Source: the human T2T-CHM13v2.0 reference genome, Homo sapiens. From it: a DNA stretch of 64,000 nt. Position numbers and translations under genes: made by a program. Below the pieces are notes generated by a model. That model was not told the origin of the DNA. It worked only from the letters and a program-made list of their open reading frames with translations, and did no database searches. This document shows, in pieces, positions 44,501-60,281 of this stretch; positions within the stretch are counted from its first letter, which is position 1, and each line of letters opens with the position of its first letter. The stretch lies in the NCBI RefSeq assembly GCF_009914755.1, contig NC_060935.1, one strand, 5' to 3'.

Positions 44501-45880
44501 ATAGTCTCTTTATAGTGTCTTTGGGCTATGTGTTTAAGTGTGTTTTGTGATAGCAGGTGTTGTTCTTTCATTCCATGTTTAGTACTCTCTTAAGGACCTC
44601 TTGTAAGCCGTGTCTAGTGGTAAAAAATTATCTCAGAATTTGCTTGTCTGAGAAGAATTGTATTTCTCCTTCACTTATGAAGCTTAGTTTGATGAGATAT
44701 GAAATTCTTGGTTAGAATTTCTTTTCTTTAAGGATGCTACAAATAGGCTTCCAATCTCTTCTGGCTTGTAAGATTTCTGCTGACAGGTCTGCTGCTAGCC
44801 TGATGAGCTTCCATTTGGATGTAATCTGACTCTTCTTTCTAGCTGCCTTTAAATTTTTTTGTTCGTGTTGAACTTGGTGAATCTGATGACTATGTGCCTT
44901 GGGGATATAGTGTCTCATCAGGGTTCTCCATCTTTCTTAAATTTGTATATCAATTTCTGGTGAGATTGGGGACATTTTTATAGACTATATCCTCAAGCAC
45001 TTTTTCCAGGTTGTTTACTTTCCTGTCTCAGGAATGCCAATAAGTCATAAGTTTGGTCTCTTTATGTAATCCTAAATTTCTTGGAGGTTTTGTTCTTTTT
45101 TTTTTTTTTTTAACTTTTGTCTGGCTCAGTTGATTTGAAGAACTGGTTTTTGAGCTCTGAGATGCTTTCCTCAGCTCGGTCTATTCTGCTGTTAATGCTT
45201 CCTGTTGTATTATAAAATCCTTGTAGTGATTGCTTCCATTCCAGAAGTTCAGTTTTGTTTTTTCCTAAAATGGCTATTTCATCTTTCAGCTCTTAGATTG
45301 TTTTACTGGATTCCTGGATTACTGGATTGGGTTTTAACTTTCTCTTGAATCTCGATGAGTGTCCTTTCCATTCTGAATTGTATGTCTGTCATTTCTGTTG
45401 TTACCATCTAGTTAAGAAGCATTGCTGAGGAGCTCATTTGAAGGTAAGGGGACACTGACTTTTTGAATTTCCAGAGTTCTTGCACTGAATCTTTCTTGCC
45501 TGAGAGGGCTGGTGTTCCATTAATTGTAGTATAAGTTGAGTATAGTCAATTGGCTTCATTACTGGGTGCTTTCAGAGAGCCAAGGCTCTGTACAGGGTCT
45601 TTATTTGTAGCTGGATTCTTGCCTTGGGTTTCACAGTTTTGTATATTGGCAGAATGTTTTTGGTGTTGTAATTTGGTTTACTATCCAGTAGATGGCACTT
45701 AGGAGTAAGAGCCAGCAGATAGGCTCAGCCTCGCAGCGCTTCAGTATTTCTGCCTATTCACAGCAGTGCTCTGTGGTGGGGTGAAAAGAGAGATGACCCT
45801 CTCTCCTTGCTGGTATGCTTCGGGATCCTGGGGGAGACCCCTCTGATCGCTGGCACTGTGTCTGTGTTTCCTTTGTTACT
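41535..45880 (-). mobile_element. Long L1 (L1PA15/16-like) with 5' region, ORF1 and ORF2 remnants and internal deletions
   Basis: ORF2-like peptide at 42908-43159 (KYLGIQL...IPCSWIGRI) and ORF1-like peptide at 44712-44918 (IRLAADLSAEILQARRDW). Confidence 0.92.
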
Positions 45881-46351
45881 TGCTAATTTCAGTATTACTT
45901 CTGATGTGATCTGATATGATTTATAATTTGCTCTACTTATCTCTGGAGTTCAATCAATTTTTGTTTTATATCTTTCCACTCTTCTCTATTCCTTTTTTTA
46001 GTTTTTATATTTCTGGGGTTTTCTTGTATCAGCAAATATTTATTTGAGAAGAGTTCACTCTGTTTTTAGGTTTTTATTACAGTATTATTCAATTTCATGT
46101 TATTTGGGGAGAATTATCAGACTAAATTATTTACTTCACATTTTCTGATTTTGCTTTTGTTTTGCATGTTTTTTTATGGACGTGGCCTACCTATTTCAAT
46201 TTGTTTTTAATTTATAAACAGAGTTTCTAGCACTAGAGTGCCCCTCTCTGTTAGTCCATCACACATTCTCAATGTGTTGTCTGTAGACACCTTTCTGCAG
46301 TGTTAAAAATGTCATTTTCTCATTGTGTGCCTGTGTTTTGACTGTGGCTCA

Positions 46352-46466
46352 TCACATGAGGTCAGGGGTAGCATTTTCTACTTGTGGCATCATGTCGGCA
46401 CTCAAAAAGTTTCAGATTTTGGAGAATTTTGTGTTTCGAATTTTCAGATGAGGGATGCTCAACCTG
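46352..46466 (-). mobile_element. Tigger4/Zombi (MER46)-like fragment
   Basis: catgaggtcagg...gcactcaaaaagtttcagattttggag...gggatgctcaacctg. Confidence 0.8.
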
Positions 46467-47092
46467 GTGAATGGGAGTGAGGGAGAATCTGTTTCTGTGT
46501 GTGCTGGACCTGAAGCTTCCTGTGAGTCTCACAGCTGTGGGCACCCATCTTCCCTTGCCCTGCGCAGCCTATTTCTTTCATTTCTACGAGATTCTAACTC
46601 TCCTATTTTCTTTTTTCTGTTTACTGACACTCCTCCAAAGAGTACCAGTCTTCTCTTTGTATCTGATTCTTCTCAAGAAATATTGCTTATCTCAGGCTGC
46701 CACTTCCAGTCTCACTCTTTTCAGATCCTTTCTTATAGATTATAAATGACCAAATCCAAACATATATTCTGCATTAGGGCATTTAGTTAAACTTTTCTCT
46801 AGGGTTATTTTAGCTGTGTTTCTTTATGTTTTCCACCCTACTTTACATTTTTCCCCTATAATTTCTTAAACATCTTCACCTCTCTCCTGTGTCTTAGGTT
46901 TGTAGCAGCAGGTGTTGTTTTTATTTCCTTAGTTGCAGGTAATTTGAGGATCATGACTTTCTCTGTCATGATACTGAAGGCCTGTATTGGGTTTGGGTGT
47001 TTTTCCTCTCCTTGTTGATTTCATGGGTTTTAGTAAAGGTTTTGTGGGTAGACTTGATAAAAGTTAAAATATTCTTAAAATAGAAAGAATTT

Positions 47093-47405
47093 GCCTGTAA
47101 TCTCAGCACTTTGGAAGGCCAAGGCAGGCAGATCACTTTAGGTCAGGAGTTTGAGACGATTCTGGTCAACATGGTGAAACCCCGTTTCTACCTAAAAAAT
47201 AATAATACTACTACTACAAAAATTACCCCAGCGTGGTGGCGCACACAACTGTAATCTCAGCTACTTTGGAGGCTGAGGCAGGAGAATTGCTTGAACCTGG
47301 GAAACAGAGGTTGCGATGAGCCGAGATCGCACCACTACCCTACAACCTAGCACAACAGAGTGAGACCCTGTTTCAAAAAAAAAAAAAAAAAAAAAAAGCA
47401 AAAAA
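47093..47405 (+). mobile_element. AluS lacking its first ~20 nt
   Basis: Forward dimer with poly(A); TSD aaagaattt. Confidence 0.92.
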
Positions 47406-50400
47406 GAAAAGAATTTATTCATATATGCATAATTACAATTGACACATTTCTTTTAATGAGACTTTATTAAGCATCACTACATATCAAGCAAGGTACTGTG
47501 CCTACAAAGATAATCAGATGGTGGTTTCCTAACATGAATTTGTTTGCAGGAACACACACAAATGCGTATTAGTTACAGCACAGTAATACTCCAAACAAAA
47601 TACAGAGGGAAAAGCACCTATCTTCATGACAACCTCTAGGAAAGCTTCACAGTGCTTTTGAACTATGTCTTGAAAGATAAGTAGCAGTATAGTAGGGAAA
47701 GAAGTTAGGTAAGAATATCTCAGGCAAAGAGAACACACAAGAGCATTGTGTGTTTGTTTAGTTCTTCAAGTAGGAGTGTTGGCAAAGAAGATTTGAATGT
47801 TCACCAGGAACAAAATCCTGAAGAACAATGCTGAAGTAAAAAGATGAAGCTTTGAAGGAAGAAAAGGATATTGCTCAATTTTTCTTTAGAAACATCATTT
47901 TATTGGAAACAAAAGATAATTTAGATGGATATAAGATTGAACTCAGGGAAGTAAAGGCTGTTAAAATTGTCCAGCAATAAATTTTGGAGGTCTTTTCAAG
48001 GCATTGACAACAGGAAGGAGAGGAGACTATGAATTAGAAAAAATATTTTTATGACAGAATTCATTGGCCCTAATGGATTATTGGATATGGAGGACAAAAA
48101 TAAGGAAGACAGAATGATAGGGTGTCTAGAAAGAGATACAGTTTATAGGAATCTGAGTTCCTAGATTTCACATATTTCATGTTACCTCTATACCAAACAT
48201 CACTTTAATGTCCAGATATCTGGAAGTGGTTTTTCTGCCTTTTGAGCACAGATAGTTTTGTCACATTAGATAATATTTTTGGGGAAAATGGCAATGCTAA
48301 GATTGAGAAAAATGGGCTGATGGAGCATATAAAGTTGAAGACTGATCACTGGCACATCAGCTCTATCAGCTCATTTTTTTTTCCTTCCAGCTTACACTTC
48401 AGGTAATTTGTTTTTGATATCCATATGTTGTATGTTAATGCTTAGAAACAAAATTGAAATACTGCTACATACTAAATAGCATAGACTAAATATATGTGTG
48501 GTACAGATAATGTTATTACAATGTGAGGATAATACTGAAGCTAAGTTTCTCAGATGTTTATGGATTCATTGTAAAAATAAGTCATTTTAGAAAAAAATGT
48601 TTGCATTGATTGATTTATCAAGATTGTATTCAATTTAATTCTATCATCATTCTTTTGATTATTTACTATGTCTTCAACTAAATATTACATCTTGGAAATA
48701 CAAAATGAGAGCAGTCCCCTCACACAGTATCTAACACACATCTACCTATCAGATGCTGTGTTAAATGGTGCAGTGCCACAGATCAGTTGAAAGTCTAATA
48801 ATTAAAATGGACAGGTTAAAAAAGATCATAGATTTAAATATATGGCATATTTTTCTAAAAAATAATACTCAAAAGAAGGCTCTCCCTATATTTGAGCTTT
48901 TGTAGAGTGTCTCATGTTATTAGATTTCTCTTATTTTCTTAGTTATGACTAACAAGATAGTTTAAATTAAATATTAAATGTGATTTCAATAATGTATGCA
49001 TTTTTACCATATTGCAAATCTAAGAAATATCTCCTGCTTTCTGAGATCCTGAAAGATTATTTCGTTGTTAATCTGTTACTGTTAGATACCCAAGTCCAAA
49101 GTTTAGTAAGATAATTTGTATATTTCCACATGTAATAAATACTTACCTGATTTCATTTAGTAAATTCTCAGCAATTTCTTTTTTTGACAGGTTTAGAGTT
49201 CTTGAGGGATTTTGTTTTTTATGCTCAAGGAATAAGACTTGTGACAATTGAAAAGGAGAAAAAAGTAGTACTTTAAAACTAAGATTGTTGAAATATCCAG
49301 TTTCCTTATGAATACTTAAAGAATTTTTAAGTTAAGTCTATAGCAATAATGTTGATATTATATTTCTAATAACATTGATTCTGCCATTTTTAAAACATTA
49401 AAAATAGACATGGTAAACAGTAAATTTCATAAAATATATTTTTGTACTTTTTCTGATTTTGATGTCATGTACTATTACAATAATTTCTACATTTTTCAGA
49501 AAAAAACTGGGAGAAAAAGTTCATTCACTCTGAGTAAGCTAAGGAAGTTGTGAATGGCAGATTAGCAAGGGAATATGATGGCATTATAATTTAATTTCAA
49601 GTTTATAGTGATCTGGAAAACCAAATTAGGGAAATTAACAATGCAACAATGTTCATCATCACTGAAAAGAATGAAAAAAGACAGGATAAACAGAAAGATG
49701 CCTATTAATATTAAGAGTGTTGAAATATGAAGAATGGGATGTTCAATAAAGTTAATATTGAATATGATAAATACATTTTAAAATCTCATTGAGAAAAAAT
49801 GTTTATAACCTTTATGTTCAGATATGTGTTCTTGTTAAGCATATATAGAAATTACAATTTAATATTAAGTACTTTCACAGAATCATATGGCATGCTACTA
49901 GAACACAAAAGGTATCACATCTTTCTGCCTAGGAAACTGTGGAAAGACTCACAGATTTGGTGAGCTGGGATCTATATGAATAAGGAGGAAGATTAATCAG
50001 GTTAAACAACAACAACAAGAAAACCTGACTTTCTGAGGAGGAGAAAACTACTTTCTCTCATTCCTAAATGGGTACTAAGTTAAAAACAAAACACTTGGTT
50101 GTGAGAATTAAAATGTTGTGCCGATAAACGCTGTCACTTTTCAATTCTTTGAAAACCAAGAGCTAGGCTGCATATTTCATAGAATTTTTGCTAAAGTAGT
50201 CATGTTTAATTCCTTGGCCTGCTGCATATGTCACAATCCTGTAAACATCCAAGATTCAAACTTGGAGAAAGATGGAAATGTATATCTACAATGCGGTCAG
50301 AGAAATGTTTTCAGTTTTAGAGAGATAAAGCAAAAGTCCATGCAGATTTTGGATATGGTTTTGATTTGTTAAGTTCATTCCTAGAAATTACATTGTAGAA

Positions 50401-50519
50401 TATTCTGTAGTTTATTTAAAAACCATTTAAATTCTCTTTATAATACAGAGGCTTTCCAAATTATCTTATTTAAATTTTAAAGTTAAATTCCGTTTAATTG
50501 GCTTTCTACTTATATCTGT

Positions 50520-50890
<371 letters not shown>

Positions 50891-51238
50891 TAAGTGCACC
50901 TGAGTTGCCCAGATAGAGAAAACATCTTTATCTTGTGCCAAATGAAGTTGTTGTTATTATTTCCCTGGCATTTCCTTCAGAATGTTTCCTTATAGCAGCA
51001 GATAATCGATATTTTCCAAAAACTACTCAAACATAACAGTTGCCTCTCACCTGGTGCTTTATGGAAAATCTGTTTTTAAAGCTGGGCTCTGAAAACTCTA
51101 CTCCTCAAAGCATGACTTGACCCACTATAGAAATTGCTGCTTGATTGCCCCTTCTGTTATATGTGAGAAGTTATATAAGTAGTTGTTCTAATAAGAACAG
51201 CTTGGACTTTTACCTAAACACCTATCACTGTTCAATAA

Positions 51239-51534
<296 letters not shown>

Positions 51535-52262
51535 TAAATAGTCCCATAAAGAAACAGCTTTCTTCCTATTAATGTGTTGTTTTGCCTCCATATAACATAT
51601 GACAGATGAAATATCTTACATACCAAATGTGGTTTTAGATCATTGTGTCTTTGTTAGCATTAATATACTGATGGAGTGCATATTAGTGGCCATTAGTTCT
51701 TGGTCCACAAAGGTCTCTGTTAAACATCAGCTCATTTCTCTAAGAGACAACATAATTTTTGAAACATCAAATGTATTAATTTCCCACTGTCTTTCAGTGC
51801 CATGTTAAAAACAGGCTCAAAAAATACTTCATTCAGGAGAGACTAAACAAATATTTTGTGGCTGGAGGATATTGATCATGTATACAAACTGGAACACAGA
51901 TCAAAAACTTGAGGACTAATGAACATTTTTGAGTATAAATTGTCTAGTTACAGTTACCACTTCCACACTCATTCATTAAAAATCCTTCATATAGAATGGA
52001 ATTTCCCTTAACTTTGAAAATGCCCTGCCCAGGACTTCATATTTTAACCATTTCAGTTGGAAAGTTAAAGTGTCATGAAGTTTTTCCTATCATCAGCAAG
52101 GAAAATGTTTTCTGTAAGAATAACTTCGTTGGAAGAGACCTAAAGACTGGTCTAAAATATATCACAAAACTTGGAGTTCCTGGGTGTAAATTAGACATTT
52201 TTCCCAGTTAAAAAACACCTCTAACAAACACAAATATATGCCATTCAAAACTGGGCAAGGGC

Positions 52263-52578
<316 letters not shown>

Positions 52579-54349
52579 AGGCAAGGGCTGCATTATCCAG
52601 TCAAATAACATCAAAATTTGTAGTATGTTTGCAAAGCGGAGGGATTTATGGCTTTCTCTCATTTCTGCTTGGCTGCTGTGGTCTGAAGAGAGCAGCCTAG
52701 ATTCAAAGAAAGAATAAAGAATCTAGAAATCTTATTAATGGTTTAACAGCAACCTCAGTTTTTGTAAGTTGTTGTATATACATCCATTTTTCATGAGGCT
52801 GCCAAATCCTACCTCTCATTACTTGGAATCAAAAATGAATGATAGGTGCATGATTAAAACAAATACATTGTGAGAATTTTCCATTGTTTCCATTGAGAGA
52901 GATTGTGCACCAACACCTGCCTTATATTACATCATAAATAGAGGAGTGGGTGTGTGTGGAGCACCCTTCAGCACTATTTGCAGTTACTTGATCACAAGTG
53001 AGACTGATCACATTTTTAATATTTACTGACCATTGGCTCTCCTTGATGTTTGAAGTATTTAAATTTTTTTATGATTCACATGTGCTTTTGTATAATAAGC
53101 ACAGTAATCCTTTGTCTGCCACATAAATTGCAAATATTTTTTTCAGTTTGTAATTTACATTTGATCTCATTCGTAGTCAATGGACATTTTAATATATATT
53201 ACTGGTCATAAAACTTTCCTTATGGTTTTTCTTGTTTTTGTGTTTCTTTAGAAAACGTTCCCCACTGAGAGATAATGTAAGATGTTCACCTATGCTTCAT
53301 TTCAGAAATTTAATGATTTCATTTTATTTATACTTTAATATAATTCAGCAACTAGTTTTTAAAGTTTCTACCCTGGAACAGGTACCATTCTAGGCAATAG
53401 GAATTTAAATATGCACATACATGGTCCTTGATTTTAAGACATATTTTGAGTGTACATGCCTCCATGATTGCAATTGTGTATAAGCCAGGCTCATCACTAG
53501 ATTACTTGCTCCTTTAGGACAAACACCATGGCTTTCATCTCCATAGTTCCAGGGCTAGGCATATGGTATGTATTCAAATATATGTTGAATAAATAAATAA
53601 TTTAAATGCTAATTGTATTCCTTCTTAAAAATGAAAAAGGTCAAGTCCTACTTAGGCACAATCTATAAGGCCCAAACCAAGGGTCCCTTTAATTTCCTGA
53701 AATCCTTTTCAGGGAATATATGAATCCTGTGATTCCTATATACTTATAATCACAAAAGTCCGTAGAAATCATGGGAACAATATTGTTTTTAGTCCACATC
53801 ATTTCTCTTTCCTTACAGTACTCTTTTTGCTAACTATTTTGTACCATCATTAATTTATCTCACAATCCCATCTATGTTGGCCAACTTTCTTATTTCTACT
53901 TCAGCATTAACAAACTTTGAGACAAGAAATTTTAAATGATTAGTGTATTTAAAAGTTTTAGCAGTATGTATATGACATCCAATCTCTTGCATAGCCATAG
54001 TAACCAAATACTGCTTCTAAAATTAATGGTAGTTGTTCTATTGTAGTATAAACAAACAAGCAAATATTAAAATGTTTAATAGTACCAAGTTCATGAAACT
54101 GTTCTCCCTGCTAACAATGTATCTACTGCATACAGCAGTAATGAAATGAGTAGAGTAGAAGTTTCTGCCTTACGAAATTCACAACCAATATTAAATGATA
54201 GAATGAATAAGTGAATGAAATATAACCTGTTGTTAAGAAAGTTACAATCTAATTGGGTTAGAATCTGAAGTCTACTTTCGTAGAAGTGCATTGTAAATGC
54301 TGAGGGAGTACAGAGGAGGGCTGAATTACTTTTTGACTGGAGGAGTTAT

Positions 54350-55290
54350 ATGAGGTATCTAAAATAGCCAAACTTATGGAATCAAAGAGTGGAATTGTGG
54401 TTACCAGGGCTGGACGATTAGGAAATGAGCAGTTACTAATCAATAAGCATACTTTAAAGTTTCAATTAAGCAAGATGAATAAGGTCTGTACAACATTGTA
54501 CTAATGGTCCACAATAATTAATTGTATACTTTACAATTAAGTGGTTAGTCTACTGTGTTCTTCCCATTTAATAAATGTTTAAATATTTCTTTAAAGTTTA
54601 AATAATGAGCAAAGGAAAACATAAGCCAATGTATACATGAGCAAATAAACAAACAAAAAAACAACAGTCAGATGATAGGTATATTTGCACTGGAAAAATA
54701 TATTTTGGAAGCTGAGAGAGCAATTAGATGACTGTAATGATAAAAATATAATTAGGATTTTTAAAAATGTATGGATATCATCCATAGTTCCTTACATTAT
54801 TTAAAAGGTAGAGAGTGAGTCAGAAAGTTGAATCTTTTATAGATGATACAATTATGAGTTAATATTGGAGGTGTTAGTATTCTCTTCCTAAGTATATCCG
54901 AACAGAAAGGCATGTATATGCCCACCAATAGATACGTACAAGAATGTTCACAGCAGCACTATGTGTAATAGCAGGTATCTGGAAACAACTCAAATGTCTG
55001 TCAGCCCAAGAATATATAACCAGAACTGCAATTTAACCGTAGAGTCGAACACTATGCAGCAATGAAAATAAATGAATTTTCGCTGTACACAGCAACAAAG
55101 TTGAACCAAAAAAAAAAAAGCTTGACACGAAAAAGTATCAGTTGTATATCATTTAAGTAAATATATTTGTAATGGAATATTTTTTATATTGGTGCTGGTT
55201 ATATGGGTATATTTATTTTGTGAATTTTTTTGAATTGTACATTTATACTTTATGTATTTTTCTGTAAATATATATTCTTCAATTGAAAGT
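54350..55290 (+). mobile_element. Old L1M 3'UTR fragments
   Basis: gtggttaccagggctgg; caagaatgttcacagcagcact; ctggaaacaactcaaatgtc. Confidence 0.65.
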
Positions 55291-55887
55291 TGATAATTCC
55301 AGCACTTTGGGGGGCTGAGGTGGAAGGATCACTAGAAGCCAGGAGTTCAAGACCAGCCTGGGTGACAGAAGGAGACTCAAATAAAGACATAAAAAGAAAG
55401 CTGAAGTTTTGTGTGTATATATAGTATATGTAGTTTAAAAGAGAGAGTAATTGTGCTGGGGATTGGCTCTTATGCTTCCTAGGTATATTTCCCCAAGCCT
55501 GAGAAAGCAGTACAAAGACTTGAATGATTTCAATAAAAGATAAAAGATACATGCAAAAAAAAATATTTCAGTGTTAATAAAAAGCTAAGTTCAAATATTA
55601 CTTCAAATTGTCTGAATGAAGAAATATATTAATATGTCTGAAAAAAATTCTTGCTTGGACCACTGACCAAGAAACTAAATTTTTGTATGATTTTTTTTCA
55701 GTGTATTATTGGATACACAATATTATGCCAACACTAATAATTGATGAAGTTTTAATCAAACACAACAGTGAAAGAATAGCCACCTGAAACATGTGAACCA
55801 TCCTGCAACCAAAGTAATTAAAGGGAAAAGTTGAAAAAGTTTTTAACTTTTTTAATATCTTTTTTTTATATATTTATTTACCTATAG

Positions 55888-56039
55888 TCACCTTATTTTT
55901 GGAGTTTTGGAAACAACGACAAGCCAGACTGGAATATGAATGGGACCTGGTGGACTTTGAAGAGGAACAGCAGCAGCTTCAGCTGAGACCAGAATTTGAA
56001 GCTATGTGTAAACACAGGAAATTGAATGCAGTGACTAAG
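55888..56039 (+). CDS. ANO5: ANO5 exon 13 (152 nt, c.1181-1332), (V)[20 protein letters not shown]...NAVTK
   Basis: ctatag|TCACC...ACTAAG|gtagac; FLEFWK motif. Confidence 0.97.
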
Positions 56040-56937
56040 GTAGACTAGAAAACTGTGAAACGGACAGCATATCTCAATGGACACACTGCTATAGGTTTCT
56101 TCTCATATAATCATAGTTTATTTTGCCTTTAAAATATTCTGCAACGTATAAATCACATAAACTTCTTTACTTGTTTCTAATATACATACATGTATATAAA
56201 TGTATATATAGAATGTATATATATGAAAATTTTCAAACACTTTCAAATGTAGATAGAAAAATATAATGAACTACATGGATGAACCCATCACTCAGAATGA
56301 ATCGTTTTTAATTCATGGACAATCTTGTTTCATTCATACTCATACTCTTTTGTGTCACTAAATTATTTGGAAACAAATCCAAGGCATAATAACATTAAAC
56401 TAAGTGCAAAAAGGAAAATAATGTGTATGCTGTGGGCTTTGCATATAAATGTACAGACATTGAAATGATGCTAAGTGATATATAAAAATTAAAATAGTAT
56501 TTATATTAAGATTGAGGTCTTATGTTTTATTAGACTAACTTTTCTTCACACGGCCCCTTTTAACTGATTATATTGAGAATCATTGTATTTGTGTATGGGG
56601 GAAGAAGTCTACATATTAGAATGCTTAGCTGACAAACCAGCTATATGTTCTTGACTGAGTTGTTTAACTTTTTGGTACCTCACTTTTTTCATGTGAAAAT
56701 GGAAGTGCTTTGCCTTTAAAGACCAGAATCTTGGTTACATATTTTTTGAGCCCCTATCTTCCCGTAATCTACAATCACTGTGTTTCCTGCTGCTATTTAA
56801 AAGAGAATAATATGTGTCCTAAATACACTCTCTTCAATAGAATTCCCTATTCTCTTCAGAAAATTATTCTCGCAGTATAACATTTAAAATTATTTTCACC
56901 ATTTAGGCATTCACTGAACAATTACTAAATTTCATTG

Positions 56938-56979
56938 AAAGATCATGAAAACATCTCAAAAGATCATGAAAACATCTCA
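56938..56979. repeat. Perfect 21-bp tandem duplication (aaagatcatgaaaacatctca)x2
   Basis: Read directly from the sequence. Confidence 0.95.
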
Positions 56980-57589
56980 GAAAATACATTAACAATGTGG
57001 GTGGCAGTTTGAAATTAAGAAAATATATTAAAAGATACTGACAGAATAATGACATGATGTTCATTCCTATTTCACGAAATAAAAAAGTAAACAAAAGCAG
57101 TCCTATTAGCTTTGCCAAAAATTAACAGAAAAAAATGTATTGAATGCTTACATTTGAATCCAGTTGAAAAGCCATATGTATTGATTCACTGTGAATTGTT
57201 GGCTTCACTTAGCTTTCATGGTTTAGAAATCATGAAACAGAGTTTTTTTTTGTTTTGTTTTGTTTTGTTTTTTACTTATTGCAGTGCTTCCTCAGTGTTT
57301 AAGGACGACCAGAACTGTCACATTTGAGTCCACATTGGGAACACACATGTGCACCCACACAAATATGCATACAGATGCATGAACACGCATACATTGGGTG
57401 CACACATGAACACACATGTACACAGTGACATATATGCCTACATGCACACACATTCTGAGGTGTGTAGGACTCTTGGACAGCTGACTCTGCCTGTTGAGAG
57501 TTCTATTTTTATTCAGACCACCCTAAAAATTCTTAAAATGTGAAATATTATGTTATGGAATTACATGATTTTGATTTCTGCTGACAGCG

Positions 57590-57623
<34 letters not shown>

Positions 57624-58196
57624 TTACTATTTTTTGCTTCTTTTGGGTAAAATCTACTTACTTCTTGATGCACCTAAGAATGTCAGCTGTATAATCAATA
57701 TCTTTCATTAATAACTCCTAAAGACTAAAGGTGGAATTCTTGGCTCCTGAGCTATGTGGAAGAACACAGTTTATCTGAAAAATATAAAGAAAGCATCTAA
57801 TTTAATATCATGCAGAGCAATGTAATTCAATTCAATTAGAATAAAATTATAACACCATTAAACATCATAAATCATGTCTACCTAGGCAGCAACCTTCATT
57901 ATTCATTATTTGACTTTATTTACTCAGTGCCAGGCCCTAAACATTGTAATTCAGCATTTAGGAAATTGTGTGTATCCATTATGTTTCATATCATGTGTAA
58001 GATAACCCATCTAGGAGGCCTGGAGATTTCTCCTTCAAGAGAAGGAACCATTCCTATAATGTAGCTTTCCATGACCTATAGTAGGCCCTTTTGGGAGACT
58101 CCTACTTTAACTGGGCTCTGTGATATTGACTAGTGCTTGGAGTCTTGACTTAGAGGGGAGATTTTGAATTTCTTTGTGATTTCTTCAATATTACAG

Positions 58197-58271
58197 GAGA
58201 TGGAACCTTACATGCCTCTATACACGCGTATTCCATGGTACTTTCTTTCAGGAGCCACAGTGACATTATGG
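58197..58271 (+). CDS. ANO5: ANO5 exon 14 (75 nt, c.1333-1407), [25 protein letters not shown]
   Basis: ttacag|GAGATG...TTATGG|gtgagc. Confidence 0.97.
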
Positions 58272-59247
58272 GTGAGCATTTCTTTAAAAATTGCTATAAT
58301 TTCTTCAACAGGTGATTAAATGAGCTATCTCAACAGTGTTACCTACAATGTCTCTTGAGTCTTTCCTTTCCCTCTCCCTCCCTGGTCTTTTTATCTTGGT
58401 TATAGCTCTTATACAAAATAAACTGTAATTTATGTGGATTTTCCATACTTAAACTTTGGGAAAAGATCTTGGGGAAAAGGAGGTACTTTATCTTAAAGCC
58501 CGTCCCTCCCTGCCTCACGACACTTCGTTTAAGTGATCACTTGAAATCAGGACAGAATAACAAACTTACTCTGATTCCAGGCTCTTTGGTTAGTTTTAGA
58601 AAAATCATGAATGTATCTTTATTTCCACCTTATTTCCTGCTCTTCCTTTTTCCAAATGTGTTCCCTCTTAACACTTAGCATCTAATTTTAGGAAAACAGG
58701 CAGTGTTACCTTCTAAGAGGTTAGTTAGCATGTTGAAATATAAATAATTGACAGTTGTAGACTATAGTTTAGACTCACCAGTCCATAAACCCCATATGAT
58801 TTATCTTTAGCATTTCTTGTTAAATCTACTATTTTCATATTTTAAAACAGTAAAAATATGTTTTCTTAGATTACATAATAATCATTGAGGAGATGTGATA
58901 AAATAAAAGGGGGAGAATCATTAATTCAGGACTCTCTTTTGAGAAATCTTCTGGAGTATATCCCCAGAAAATTATTCTGTTTTTGATTTCTAGTTTTCAT
59001 TTAATTTGACTCGCTTCCTCAACTTTTAGAATAAAATTCTCTAATGATTGATAGAAAGCCATCTTTGTGCTTTTGCAATATGGGAAGTATACAAAATTTA
59101 TACAGAATGTATATAAATTTCTAAACTACCACGCATATTAGCGCACTAATGGCAATATTCTGAGGGGAAATGAAATACAATATTGACATGTATTTTTCTT
59201 AGGAAAATAAGTGATCTTGATTCTACATCTTTAACTTCAATGTAGAG

Positions 59248-59767
<520 letters not shown>

Positions 59768-60011
59768 CTAGAGGATGAGCCTAGAGGATGAGCAATGAAT
59801 ACGTTTCTCTTTTAGACTTAATCAGCAGCTACTATATGCCTTATCTCTAACCCTTTTACCTTGCCAGTGTTCATGTCTTGCCATCTAGGGAAAGAGAGAC
59901 TGACTTAGTTTGCTTTGCACATGAGAACTGCTAAACTTCATATAATGAGATGAACAGAATAATCAATATGTTAGATATATATTCATAACAGAGATACAGA
60001 GACCCAAATAG

Positions 60012-60281
<270 letters not shown>

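Noticed and set aside
55968-55982. CAG repeat in exon 13
   Set aside because: It is only (CAG)3 plus one more CAG, too short to be unstable.
57340-57452. His-rich ORF / structured repeat
   Set aside because: It is a degenerate (CA/TA/TG) low-complexity tract, like the one at 11570-11630.
58682-58691. MEF2-like CTAATTTTAG muscle enhancer site
   Set aside because: Such a match is expected by chance in AT-rich DNA and there is no motif cluster.
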